This document shows positions 8,772 through 18,824 of a stretch of 64,000 bases of DNA, one piece after another. Origin of the DNA: Spirochaetia bacterium (GTDB taxonomy: Bacteria; Spirochaetota; Spirochaetia; DSM-27196; Salinispiraceae); contig JBBRCZ010000005.1 of assembly GCA_038204425.1 (NCBI GenBank), positions 64,001-128,000 on the forward strand. Direction: 5' to 3'. Made by a program: the position numbers and the translations under genes. How positions within the stretch are numbered: position 1 is the stretch's first letter; each line of letters starts with the position of its first letter. The notes below the pieces were generated by a model that was not told the DNA's origin, did not search any database, and saw only the letters and a list, made by a program, of their open reading frames with translations.

Positions 8772-9235
8772 ATACTAACTATAGCATACAAGGTCAGGCT
8801 ACGTACACAGTAAGCAGCTCTATTTTTTGGGCAAGGCAGCCTCGGGACTGGCAAACAAACTTTTTGCCCAAAGAGTCTAGGGTGCTATCAAAACGAGCCA
8901 CAAGCTGACCCTTGTCCATTAGGATGGATGTTTTTTCCGGTAACGTCGATTCTTCTAAACATTGGAAAATTGACCCTGTATTGAGTGGTGCAAAATTCCT
9001 CAATGGCTGCCTTGTCACTATACTCCTTCCCCAGAAAGTTGTCGGGTGGAAACCCTAATACCACCAGACCAACGTCTTTGCAACTTTCTTACAGTGACAA
9101 TTGTTTGGGGAACTTGCTCATTAAGCCCAAGCGAAAACCCAAAAGAGTTCTCCTTAACTATAGCTTTATCTTACGAGTGAAAATAAGATATCACAAAGCT
9201 TGTTTTCGGTGTTTTTGCTCCCTATACTTACTAAT

Positions 9236-9667
9236 GTGGAAGACCTTAGTTCAAAAACAATACTGCTTGTCGAAGACGATCCGATAATGGGAATGCTGGA
9301 AACTCGGCACCTAAAACGGGCTGGTTTTGGCGTGATTCATCTACTGCAGGGACAAGAAGCAATCGACTTTGTATTCTCTGAGCAAACTAAAGTTGACATA
9401 GTTTTGATGGATATAGATTTGGGCCGTGGTATTGATGGTATCGAAACAGCCCGTGAGATTTTGGCCAACGCTAGGATCCCGATCGTGTTTCTTAGCTCGT
9501 ACGGTGGCAGCGAGGTTATTGAGCGTAGCAAATCGGTGAAATCCTACGGCTATGTGATCAAAAACAGCAGCGAGAAGGAATTGGTTTACATTATCAAGTT
9601 TGCACTCAATGAATTTGCAGCTGAACTGGTTTCATTGGAATCTGGCATCGCCAAACCAGGCGCTTAG
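9236..9667 (+). CDS. Single-domain response regulator
   Basis: ILLVEDD, VLMDIDL (phospho-Asp), IVFLSS and YVIK. GTG start at 9236 is uncertain. Confidence 0.9.
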   Translation: MEDLSSKTILLVEDDPIMGMLETRHLKRAGFGVIHLLQGQEAIDFVFSEQTKVDIVLMDIDLGRGIDGIETAREILANARIPIVFLSSYGGSEVIERSKSVKSYGYVIKNSSEKELVYIIKFALNEFAAELVSLESGIAKPGA

Positions 9668-10767
9668 GGGTGCTCCTGTTCAGGTCTTAGCGCCTCAATT
9701 CTAGACAAAATATAGTCCAGAGACTCGCGCCTCAAAATAAAGCGCCAGCTTTGTTCGCCAACTAATGTGGGTTCTTTGTACTCGTTAAAGTCAAGATGTC
9801 GCCCAACTCTCTTGGTGTCTGACCAAAATACCAAATAGAGCTTCTCTTTTTTGAACTCAAGCATGGTAATGCCACGTTTGCCGATTCCGCAACCAGAATT
9901 AAAGAGGCAAGGAGTCAAGACTTCGCCATAGATGCTGTCAGCAATAGCGGGCTTATGTTTGCCCGTAATTTTAAGAAAATCGTGGCGTAGCACCTGGATG
10001 CTATCCCTGATTCTCTTCCGACGATCGTCGCTGGCTTTGGAGTAAAGACGGCACAGCCTTTCTATCTGGAAACCAAGTGACTCTCGTTTTGAAATTGATT
10101 CAAACAGTGGTCTATGCGTGTGTCCGATTATGGACAAAAGATTGTTGTGGCGCGCAAACTCGTAGACGGCTTTTTCTATCTTAAGTTTCTTTACCGAGTC
10201 TTGGGCTACCTCGTAGTTGCCTATGCCCAAAGCGTTGGCAAAAACCCGCAAGCCCCAACCAATCCAAGCGTTTTGCGAACCATTGTTGGCAGTGCCTGCT
10301 TGGTGACCGTGAAAAATTAAGAGCTTTCTTTTTTTCCAATTGAGGCAAAGAGACTCCCCATCAAATTGATCATTGTAGTAAGGGTCTTCTGCCTTGTCAG
10401 GACGTACTTCGTGGTTGCCGCGCAACCAAAACAGGCGTTTTTTGGCTCTAAACTGGTCAAAAATATCATAGAGCTGCTGCCAGTTTTCCACAATCTTCTC
10501 CCGCCTAAACCGCAACAACTCTTCGATATCACCGTTAAGAATTAAAAAATAACCTTTGGGCAAATAGTAATCCCGTAGTGATTCAACAAGCAATGGGCCG
10601 TTATGCTTAAAGTCATCGTTGCGACTGCCATCGCCCATGTGAAGGTCGCTAAGTATGAGAAGCTTGTCATCACTGTTAAGAGTCTTCTGAGCGGCGTCAT
10701 CGAGCAGAGCCTGCAGTTGAACCAATATTTTTGGTCGGACGCCGTTGATCGTGTTATTTGATTGCAA
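9664..10767 (-). CDS. Calcineurin-like metallophosphoesterase
   Basis: SDLHMG, NGDIEE, GNHE, FHGH and GHTH motifs. Confidence 0.9.
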   Translation of the reverse strand: MQSNNTINGVRPKILVQLQALLDDAAQKTLNSDDKLLILSDLHMGDGSRNDDFKHNGPLLVESLRDYYLPKGYFLILNGDIEELLRFRREKIVENWQQLYDIFDQFRAKKRLFWLRGNHEVRPDKAEDPYYNDQFDGESLCLNWKKRKLLIFHGHQAGTANNGSQNAWIGWGLRVFANALGIGNYEVAQDSVKKLKIEKAVYEFARHNNLLSIIGHTHRPLFESISKRESLGFQIERLCRLYSKASDDRRKRIRDSIQVLRHDFLKITGKHKPAIADSIYGEVLTPCLFNSGCGIGKRGITMLEFKKEKLYLVFWSDTKRVGRHLDFNEYKEPTLVGEQSWRFILRRESLDYILSRIEALRPEQEHP

Positions 10768-11122
10768 AAGGTGTATCTCTATTTAACATAGCTGCAAAAG
10801 TATTTTTTGGTAGCCAATTGCTAGCCAAGATAAGCTCACCTTTATGAAAATAGCGCAGGTAGGGGACTTCAAAGTTTTTGAACGTCGTTTCTTTAAAACT
10901 CATAAGTTTCTGAAAATCTTTGCGAGTATTGTAAACAAGAAGATAAATCTTTGCTTGAGAGCTAAACGAATCTATCCAAGTCTGCATTTCTTTCCACTGC
11001 GAGCACCAGTCTTGCGTCAAGATAAAGACAACTTTTTCCGCCGAATTTCTTAGGGCCACAGGTAAATCGTTCCCATGCAAAAACTGCTCAATCTCTTCCT
11101 CGGTTAACGTTTCAATTGCCAC
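10754..11122 (-). CDS. Thioredoxin-fold hypothetical protein (single Cys)
   Basis: TQDWCSQW and EVPYLRYFHKG; overlaps the downstream gene; RBS GAGGT. Confidence 0.65.
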   Translation of the reverse strand: MAIETLTEEEIEQFLHGNDLPVALRNSAEKVVFILTQDWCSQWKEMQTWIDSFSSQAKIYLLVYNTRKDFQKLMSFKETTFKNFEVPYLRYFHKGELILASNWLPKNTFAAMLNRDTPFAIK

Positions 11123-11263
11123 TTTTAGACCTCACCTTCATCCATCCATGGTACCTGAAAAATCTGACCATTGACCAGAGCGCCAAGGCATGAGGAACTA
11201 TATTTGGCTATTTGCAGTGGAATTTGTTATGTACCTTGTTGCATGCCACCTAATGCTTGGGCC

Positions 11264-11300
11264 AAAAAAAGCGCACGACGATAGCTCAACTTCGTGCGCT
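11264..11300 (-). terminator. Rho-independent terminator after the GH130 gene
   Basis: GCGCACGA/TCGTGCGC stem followed by T7 on the minus strand. Confidence 0.7.
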
Positions 11301-11322
11301 CGGATCCTAAAAAGGATAGAAC

Positions 11323-12270
11323 TTATGCGTTTTCAATACAAGCTTGAACAATTTTTGACAAAGAACCGGTAGCTAGACAAACTCTGGTGTCGGCCGCACC
11401 GTAGTAGATGTACAGTTCGTCCTTGTCGGGAAATGCTAATGCACCTGTTGGGAATACGACGTTGTTAACTTGTCCCAGAGCTTCATAAGGCGCTTCTGCC
11501 GCCAAGAGGTAGCTTCGTGTCTTGCCGATAATCTTTTGTGGATTGTTGGCGTCAAGTAACATTGCTGCAATAAAATAGTGCATGCTGTTGTCGGGCTTGT
11601 CCATGCCGTGCACGATCACCAACCAGCCTTCTTTGACCTTAATTGGTGGTGTTGGCCCAATCTTTAGGCCGTTCCAGATCGAGTAGCCTGGCGCCAAAAG
11701 TGGGCGATAGCATCCCCAATGCACGAGATCAGGCGATGAAGAAATCCACATGCCGGATTTAGTGTCACCCTCGCCAGGTCTGTCGATCTTGTAATATTTT
11801 CCGCCAATCTTCTCGGGAAATAGTGAACAACCACGCTGATGTGGCAGTGTCAAAACTTCGACAAATTCTACTTTTTTAAAGTCCTTGGTCTTATAGAGAA
11901 CACCTACACATCCACAATGTCCAACTTCCCAGGTTCCTTGCGGGCTAATCACGTAGTACCAATCGTCAATTTTGGTAATGCGGTTATCGATGATGCCGCC
12001 CATAGCTCGGACAACTTCGTCAGAAATGGTGCTGCGGTCCACAAAGGGCTTGTCTGACAAGCTAAACTTTACGCCGTCTTCGCTTGTTGCCAAGTAGGTC
12101 TCGCGAAAATTATGCGCGGGGTCAATGCTGGTCGTCGAAACCAAGAGGCAAATTTTGCCATCTAAAATAAAGGGTGATGGATTAAAACAGGCGACTTTAC
12201 CGGGGTAGTCTTCTGGTTTAATCAAAGGATTGGCTGGGTGCCTCTTGAGAATGGTACGGGGATCTATCAT
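11323..12270 (-). CDS. Glycoside hydrolase family 130 (mannoside phosphorylase-like)
   Basis: RHPANPLI, FNP, LFPEKIGGKY, SPDLVHWG, KIGPTPPI, NVVFPTG and YYGAADT. Confidence 0.9.
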   Translation of the reverse strand: MIDPRTILKRHPANPLIKPEDYPGKVACFNPSPFILDGKICLLVSTTSIDPAHNFRETYLATSEDGVKFSLSDKPFVDRSTISDEVVRAMGGIIDNRITKIDDWYYVISPQGTWEVGHCGCVGVLYKTKDFKKVEFVEVLTLPHQRGCSLFPEKIGGKYYKIDRPGEGDTKSGMWISSSPDLVHWGCYRPLLAPGYSIWNGLKIGPTPPIKVKEGWLVIVHGMDKPDNSMHYFIAAMLLDANNPQKIIGKTRSYLLAAEAPYEALGQVNNVVFPTGALAFPDKDELYIYYGAADTRVCLATGSLSKIVQACIENA

Positions 12271-12427
12271 TTCCTACTTCCTTGGGAATTATGCTAACGT
12301 CTGCCGTCAATTAAGACACAGGCGCGCAATAGTAACACAGTCAATCTGAGCCTTCAAGCCAAGAGCTCTCATTGCAAATTTGATTTTTGGGGTGGTTTAC
12401 CGATACTTTTACTCTGAGGTGTCTGCT

Positions 12428-14581
12428 ATGGTGTTTGACGTTAGTACCGGTGTAAAAATTCAAACTGGTCAAGATTATTCAGTACTCTTTGGTTGCCCGC
12501 CTGAGGTGATCAAATTTATCATAAACAAAGGTATGGTTTTTCCAGACTACCTTGTTATTCCCGATACAATTGAACGTTTTGGCATTCTGCAAAACTGCAC
12601 CGAGTTTCCGCTCTACTATTTCTTGTTTGTGCTGGGTCAGTTTTTTAAAGGCAAAAAGCTGACAATTATTGGCAACGCTGATGAGCTCCAACGTAATCGA
12701 GAACTGCTCAAACTCACTTTACTTGGCCCAAGTATGGACGAGTATCGCGCCATTGATCCCAAGAGCCAGTATTTTGAAGAACTGTATAAAGAAAGCAGGT
12801 TCTGTGCGGTCAAAGACAAAAATGGCAATGAGATTCCTATCGACGGCTTCATTGACTTTGTGCCTTTTGACGTTTCTGGTATTGCCCAGACTAAGTACTT
12901 TACCGTTAAACACTTAGGAACTGACAGCTACGAAATTGCTGGCGAACACATTGATATTGCATTTGAACAAGCCCAGTACCCTGCCTATGATCTCAAAACC
13001 CAGTTTATTCCTTTGATACCCCAGCGCTTTGGCATAGACGTACTCGGTGGCGGTTCTGGATTTACCCCGTTAAAGCCAAGCTCCGCGGTCATTCTCAACT
13101 ACAACTCAGATTGTATCTTGGTTGACTGTATGGCTTATGTTGACCAACACTGCGAATCACGCGGCATTGCCAAACGTCAGATAAAGTCACTTTTCTTGAC
13201 CCACATTCATGATGATCATTGCAACATGTTTCCACTAGTTCGCTATGGCGATAAGATCAAGTTTTTGGGAACCAAAGAGATTTACTGGATGGCCATGAAA
13301 AAACTGGCCTTGCAAACCGATCTACCTATCGAAGAATTTATGGCCTACTTTGATTTTTGCGAGCTTGTGCCCTTTGATCACAATGATTTCTTTGGCTTGG
13401 ACATTGTCCCCCACTATACCGTCCATTCTATCCCAACTATTGGAGCCACTTTTAGCCTCAAACATCAGGGAAAAAACCACTCGGTTGGGTATGGTGGTGA
13501 TAATAAGTCGCGTAAAGACATTGACGACATGTGCGCTAAGGGCATAGTAAGCCAAAAGAAGTCCGACTATCTGCGCCAACTTTACAACAACCACTACGAC
13601 TTATTTTTTGCTGATGGTGGACTGGGCATACTCCATGGTGATCCCGAGGACTCTCTCAAATCGCATGCTGAACGAATTATCTTTTTGCATCTCGAAAACC
13701 TGCCAGCCAAGTTTGATGCTATTTTTTCTATGGCAGAAGGCGGCAAACGCTACACCTTAGTTGAGGCCGACTCAGATGCCTACATCATCAAAACTATGGA
13801 GATATTGCGCGAGCAATTTCCGGGCATGTCACCTGATTGGTCACGCACGCTTTTGTCGAGTTTGCAAATCGTTACCTACAATGCAGGGGACGTCATCTTC
13901 CGCCAAGGTAGCCCTCGCAATGGCTCGCTCTATGTTATTATCACGGGAATTTGCTCAGTCATGTTTCACGATGGTAAACAGTTGCGCGAGATCGCTCACA
14001 AAGAAGCCGGTGGCATAATTGGCGAAATGTCACTCATTCGTGACGAAGCCACACGAAGCGCATCGGTCGTTGCCAAGACCCCGGTTACCTTGTGTAGTTT
14101 GGAGGAACAACTTTTTTTGTCTTTTGTTGCGGCCGAAGACAGAGTCAAACAGCTAAAAAAGATGTGGGAAATTCGTAGCGCCCTTGAGAAACACTACCCA
14201 TTTTCCTTTTTTTCTGATAACGTCAAAGATCGCCTTGCGCGCAACTCTGTAACCAAAAATGTTAAGATCGACACTATTTTCTCGCCACTTGAAACGTCGC
14301 TCGAACATGCCTTTATTCTTCTTTCCGGTTCAGTCGCCATGAAATCAAGTGACGGATACGAAGCTATTATTGACCAAGCAGGTTCTTGTTTTGGTAGCTT
14401 GGGTATCAAAGACGCTCACGAGCGCTTTTCCCAAGCAGAATACCGATCTCTTACCGATAGCCAGATTCTTGTCGTACCTCTTCATGCCTTTGAGAAGATC
14501 ATCAACAAAACCCCAATTCTGCGCTATTATATCTATCGGATGCTTAAGAGGCACTTTAAGAACCCACACATAATAATTTAG
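12428..14581 (+). CDS. MBL-fold hydrolase with two cNMP-binding domains (putative cyclic-nucleotide phosphodiesterase)
   Basis: THIHDDH (HxHxDH), HSIPT, and GEMSL..ATRSASV cNMP pocket; RBS GAGGTG before ATG 12428. Confidence 0.85.
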   Translation: MVFDVSTGVKIQTGQDYSVLFGCPPEVIKFIINKGMVFPDYLVIPDTIERFGILQNCTEFPLYYFLFVLGQFFKGKKLTIIGNADELQRNRELLKLTLLGPSMDEYRAIDPKSQYFEELYKESRFCAVKDKNGNEIPIDGFIDFVPFDVSGIAQTKYFTVKHLGTDSYEIAGEHIDIAFEQAQYPAYDLKTQFIPLIPQRFGIDVLGGGSGFTPLKPSSAVILNYNSDCILVDCMAYVDQHCESRGIAKRQIKSLFLTHIHDDHCNMFPLVRYGDKIKFLGTKEIYWMAMKKLALQTDLPIEEFMAYFDFCELVPFDHNDFFGLDIVPHYTVHSIPTIGATFSLKHQGKNHSVGYGGDNKSRKDIDDMCAKGIVSQKKSDYLRQLYNNHYDLFFADGGLGILHGDPEDSLKSHAERIIFLHLENLPAKFDAIFSMAEGGKRYTLVEADSDAYIIKTMEILREQFPGMSPDWSRTLLSSLQIVTYNAGDVIFRQGSPRNGSLYVIITGICSVMFHDGKQLREIAHKEAGGIIGEMSLIRDEATRSASVVAKTPVTLCSLEEQLFLSFVAAEDRVKQLKKMWEIRSALEKHYPFSFFSDNVKDRLARNSVTKNVKIDTIFSPLETSLEHAFILLSGSVAMKSSDGYEAIIDQAGSCFGSLGIKDAHERFSQAEYRSLTDSQILVVPLHAFEKIINKTPILRYYIYRMLKRHFKNPHIII

Positions 14582-14641
14582 TGGCTTTGGCAATTCGGTC
14601 CAATGTGGTCCTTTATTGATCACTTTAGGAGAGGAAGTTCT

Positions 14642-16240
14642 ATGAAACCTACCAAGCACCGCGCCTTAGTTTTGTGTGCCATCGGTGTTTTATTGTCGCT
14701 CACAAGCATGGCTTGTGGACAAGCAAAGAAACAGACTGGCGTCCTAGGTTTTAGTTGGTACATTGCCTACGATTGGTTTTCTCCCCCCAACGCGTGGGGT
14801 GCCGATGTGGTTTCTGGCTGGATAAAAGAGAATAAAAACGTTGATATTGAGTGGGTCTACCCTAGCGGTTCGGGCAGTCACAAACTCAACTTAATGATCG
14901 CCACTAAGGAATTACCTGACGTGATTTGCATAGACCGTGGCGCCCGAGTCGAGAGCCTTATTGATGCAGGAATGCTGCTTCCACTCGATCCCTACCTAGA
15001 TCTACTACCCAACTTCAAAAAGTGGGCCGGCAAGACCAATTTAGATCTTTTACGACATAGCGACGGCAAACTCTATCAGTTGCCCAATTGGTACTTTAGT
15101 CCAGACTACAGTATCGGCAATGGCAACTCTGGCTGGGCGGTCAATTCTCAAATCTATAAACAACTCGGTTCCCCTATACTCAAAACTTACCAAGACTTAG
15201 AAGCCTACCTTATCAGAGTCAAACAGGCTTATCCCGACGTTATCCCGCTGGAAGCAGGGGACAGTTTTCAGACCATCACTTTGGTATTCCGTGGCATGGC
15301 TGAGCAGCTTTCCGACTACATGGGAAACCTACTTGGAACACCAAAGAACGGCAAGTTTACCAAGGTTTTTAAGGACGAGAACGTTCGCGCAACGCTGGTT
15401 TTCATAAACCGCTTAATGCGGCAAGAACTGATCACGCAAGATGGGTTTACGCAGACACGCGATCAAGTGATGGAAAAACTCATTAACGGGCAGGTGGCCG
15501 TAATGGCAACTTGGGACGTGGGGGCATTGATAACCCCGGCAAACGACAACAATAAAATTGACCCTTTGCTCTACCACATAATTTGGCCACCGGTTGCACA
15601 AGGTGTTGATCCAAATAAGGTTGCTCTTAGCGGTTACTCAACCATCGGTTGGAACGTCAATGTTTTTACAACCGCTGCCGAATCTAAAATTAGACAAATT
15701 CTCTCGTTTCTTGACTGGGCAACCGGCGAGGATGGACAGCGAGTGCTCATCTATGGTCCTCAAGGTTACTTTTGGGACGACAAGGATGAGTTTGGTATCC
15801 CGATTTACAACCAACGCTATGCCAAGGCCAGTCAACAGGATCGCAACCAAGCTCGCTTGTACAACTGGGACTGGGTGGGCAATGCATCTTGGGTAAACAT
15901 GACCAAAGGCGTGGCCAACGACCGATTGGCACCCGAAGAGCGCGATGGCATGATTGAGTTCCAAACTCAAATTTTATGGAAGACAGTCAAGAACGAAAAC
16001 GAGTTTACCTACAACAAGCCAGCGCCAGATAGTGAGCTGGGAATGACCAACACTCTGATAGCTGACTACTACGACGAAGCTATTGCTTCGGCCCTGTTTG
16101 CATCGGATCAAATGACGCTCTTGAAAATCCTTGACCAAGCGCAGGCCGAAATGGACCAGATTGGATACGATTTGTTCTTGCAGTACCACAATAGAGAGTG
16201 GCAAAAGAAACGTGCTCAGCTCAAAAAGCTTAGTCAATAA
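14642..16240 (+). CDS. ABC transporter extracellular solute-binding lipoprotein (carbohydrate type)
   Basis: Signal peptide with SMAC lipobox; KLNLMIATKELPD, DGKLYQLP and FLDWATGEDG. Confidence 0.88.
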   Translation: MKPTKHRALVLCAIGVLLSLTSMACGQAKKQTGVLGFSWYIAYDWFSPPNAWGADVVSGWIKENKNVDIEWVYPSGSGSHKLNLMIATKELPDVICIDRGARVESLIDAGMLLPLDPYLDLLPNFKKWAGKTNLDLLRHSDGKLYQLPNWYFSPDYSIGNGNSGWAVNSQIYKQLGSPILKTYQDLEAYLIRVKQAYPDVIPLEAGDSFQTITLVFRGMAEQLSDYMGNLLGTPKNGKFTKVFKDENVRATLVFINRLMRQELITQDGFTQTRDQVMEKLINGQVAVMATWDVGALITPANDNNKIDPLLYHIIWPPVAQGVDPNKVALSGYSTIGWNVNVFTTAAESKIRQILSFLDWATGEDGQRVLIYGPQGYFWDDKDEFGIPIYNQRYAKASQQDRNQARLYNWDWVGNASWVNMTKGVANDRLAPEERDGMIEFQTQILWKTVKNENEFTYNKPAPDSELGMTNTLIADYYDEAIASALFASDQMTLLKILDQAQAEMDQIGYDLFLQYHNREWQKKRAQLKKLSQ

Positions 16241-16293
16241 TTGTTAAGGCCTACACAAAAAGTCAGGCCACCGGTTAGCTGTTGCAAGGATAG

Positions 16294-16947
16294 CTACCTG
16301 GTGGAAAGCTCCACCAGCACTTCGTCGAGACTGACCTCAGTAGCTGCCAAAAGCACCATAAGGTGATAAAGCAAGTCCGCCGCTTCGCTTTTGATTTCTT
16401 CTTTGCTCTGCGCCAGAATCAATTCCACCGCTTCTTCGCCAGTTTTTTTGCGAATTTTCGAAAGTCCAGCCTTAAACAAATGGCTAGTATATGAACCTTC
16501 GGGCATGGTTTGCTTTCGTTCTGCTACCAATGCCTCCAGCTCGTGCAGGACGCTCGAGCTCCTCTCAGTCAAAGTACGCGCAGTTGCTTGCTTAGTTCCC
16601 TGTTCAGTTTTTTGCATAGTGCCGGCCTTGCCCGGCGAGTCTCGCAAAAATAAAATAGGGTTTGCTAGGCTCGTCAGTACTCGACTGTAGGCAAGATAAA
16701 GCTGATTGGGCCCATTTAGTCGTACCATTTCAATGCTATCTAGATATTTTTTGCGTGGAAAGCGTTCATCATGGTCAGCTAGCGACAATAGTTTGCCGGT
16801 CTTGTTGTCGAGTGCCCAAATTTCGCCTTGTTCAAGGGATTTTTTATAACCCTTCTCATTGGTTATGCCTGCCCAAATTAGGTGCTTGTCGAGAGTCAGT
16901 AGGATTAGGGGCAAAACCTGTCCGTCTTCCTTACGTGTTTCCATCAC
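16294..16947 (-). CDS. hisE: Phosphoribosyl-ATP pyrophosphatase with degenerate HisI-like N-terminus
   Basis: PEGSYTSHLF, KKTGEEAVE and EAADLLYHLMV. Confidence 0.9.
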   Translation of the reverse strand: MMETRKEDGQVLPLILLTLDKHLIWAGITNEKGYKKSLEQGEIWALDNKTGKLLSLADHDERFPRKKYLDSIEMVRLNGPNQLYLAYSRVLTSLANPILFLRDSPGKAGTMQKTEQGTKQATARTLTERSSSVLHELEALVAERKQTMPEGSYTSHLFKAGLSKIRKKTGEEAVELILAQSKEEIKSEAADLLYHLMVLLAATEVSLDEVLVELSTR

Positions 16948-16962
16948 AGTCCTCTTTTGTCA

Positions 16963-17709
16963 TCAACTTGTCGTTTGACGCTGTGGGTATCGATCGCACA
17001 GTTCTTTGAGGTCTATCCTATCCTCGTACCAAGCTTTGCCAATTATTACACCTGCTATACCCGCTGAAGATAGGTCCATGACGCGATGGACATCATTCAT
17101 TGAACCAATTCCGCCCGATACGATAAGTCCAAGCTTGCCCTCATCCGCAATACGCAGGCAAGCGTCAATATCAGGACCGGTTAGCGTACCGTCCCGACTT
17201 ATGCTGGTATAGACGACAGCCGAAAAACCCAAACTTGCAGCCAACCGTACCGCGTCAGTGTCAGACATTGCTGCATCAGCTTCCCAGCCGGCCACCTTAA
17301 CTTTGCCTTCACGCGCATCTATTCCGGCAATAAACTTTTGTGGTGCCAAAGAAATCCAACTAGCCACTTCATCCGGATTCTTCACCAGAGCTGTGCCTAC
17401 AATCAAATAGTGCAATCCTTGGTCGAGCAGTTGTTTGACGTCTTCCCTGCTTCGAATGCCACCACCCAACTCTATCTCGCAGGAGCTCTGCTTACAAATA
17501 CTGCCTAATACCGCTCTATTGTTCTTCCCTTGCCCGCGTGCTGCATCTAGGTCGACAATATGAATTCTACGCACTCCCTGCTCTTCAAGACGTTTAGCCG
17601 TCTCCAGTGGATCATTGTCATAAACGGTGACCTGCTCATAGCTGCCCTGCAGCAGCCTAACCACTTTGCCATCGAGGATATCGATTGCAGGTATCAAAAT
17701 TTTGTTCAT
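16963..17709 (-). CDS. hisA: ProFAR isomerase
   Basis: IPAIDILDGKVVRLLQG, HIVDLDAA, GGGIRS, RDGTLTGPD and SGGIG. Confidence 0.96.
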   Translation of the reverse strand: MNKILIPAIDILDGKVVRLLQGSYEQVTVYDNDPLETAKRLEEQGVRRIHIVDLDAARGQGKNNRAVLGSICKQSSCEIELGGGIRSREDVKQLLDQGLHYLIVGTALVKNPDEVASWISLAPQKFIAGIDAREGKVKVAGWEADAAMSDTDAVRLAASLGFSAVVYTSISRDGTLTGPDIDACLRIADEGKLGLIVSGGIGSMNDVHRVMDLSSAGIAGVIIGKAWYEDRIDLKELCDRYPQRQTTS

Positions 17710-17717
17710 GATTGACC

Positions 17718-18749
17718 CTATTCTACTAGCTTCCAAGCCAATGTTTGACCTGCGGCCAAAGGTACGATGTTGTCGATGAGTTCTGGAACTTGCCAGGGTT
17801 CTTTGACCAGTTGTACCTCGCGCCCCTGTGGAGCCGGTATTCCATAAAAGCGAGCGCCGTGACTGGCAACAAAGCCGGGCATCAAATCAAGCTCGCCTGC
17901 AGCATCAAAGAATTGAGCCAAAAGAGCCAAGGCTACCGGTGCAGAATATATTCCAGCCGCGCCACAACAACTTTCTTTTTGATCAACTTCGTGCGGAGCA
18001 CTGTCAGAGCCAAAGAAAAACTTATGGTCGCCTGAAAGTACTGCCTCTGCAATTGCTTGCCTGTCTTCTGGGCGTTTGAGTAGTGGTTTACAGTAAAGGT
18101 GGGGATTAAGATGCTTACCTGCCATATCATCCAAAGTAAAAAGCAAGTGATGCACGGTGACGGTAGCTGCCACATTCCTGCCCTGACGACGAACCCAGGA
18201 TACTGCGTCAGCACTAGAAACATGCTCGAGTACAATTTTTAGCTGTGGAAAAGTTCTTACTATTCGATCTAGCTGAGGCAAAAATGCCTTCTCGCGTTCC
18301 ATAACAAAAGCTTGTGGATCTTCACCATGAATCAAAAGCAGCAAGCCTTCTTGTTGCATTGCCTCAAAAAGTGAGAACAATTCTTCGATCTCGCTTACAC
18401 CATCTTCTGAGTTGGTTGTTGCGCCAAGTGGATAGAGTTTACCGGCCACAGCACCGGCCTTCTTTAGCTCCTGCACTTGTTCAAGAATTTCTTGTTTGCT
18501 TAAGCCTTTCTCCGGAGCAAATACCTTAAAGGTCATTAAGGGCTCAAAGTCAGGGTTAACAGTATTTGCAGCCTCTTTGATCTCTTGGCAATACGCGAGC
18601 AATTCGCTTGCCGTTTTGATCGGTGGCAAAGTATTGGGCATAATCAGAGCTCGACCAAACGAGCGCGCAAGGGTTCGCACATAGTCTTTGAGAACTGCAC
18701 CTTGTCTGACGTGAACATGAAAATCATCGGGTAAAGGAAATTTCAACAT
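17718..18749 (-). CDS. pyrC: Dihydroorotase (homodimeric type)
   Basis: DDFHVHVR, MPN, KLYPLGATTNS, HGE, LEH and GSDSAPH. Confidence 0.96.
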   Translation of the reverse strand: MLKFPLPDDFHVHVRQGAVLKDYVRTLARSFGRALIMPNTLPPIKTASELLAYCQEIKEAANTVNPDFEPLMTFKVFAPEKGLSKQEILEQVQELKKAGAVAGKLYPLGATTNSEDGVSEIEELFSLFEAMQQEGLLLLIHGEDPQAFVMEREKAFLPQLDRIVRTFPQLKIVLEHVSSADAVSWVRRQGRNVAATVTVHHLLFTLDDMAGKHLNPHLYCKPLLKRPEDRQAIAEAVLSGDHKFFFGSDSAPHEVDQKESCCGAAGIYSAPVALALLAQFFDAAGELDLMPGFVASHGARFYGIPAPQGREVQLVKEPWQVPELIDNIVPLAAGQTLAWKLVE

Positions 18750-18824
18750 AGGAAATTAGTATAGCAAAAATCACTTGCCTACCAAAGCCCCCGATCGTTA
18801 GAATATAAAAATATGGAGGTAAAT

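Noticed and set aside
11190..11372. 60-aa plus-strand ORF
   Set aside because: It runs through the GH130 terminator and stop codon, with no clear RBS or homology.
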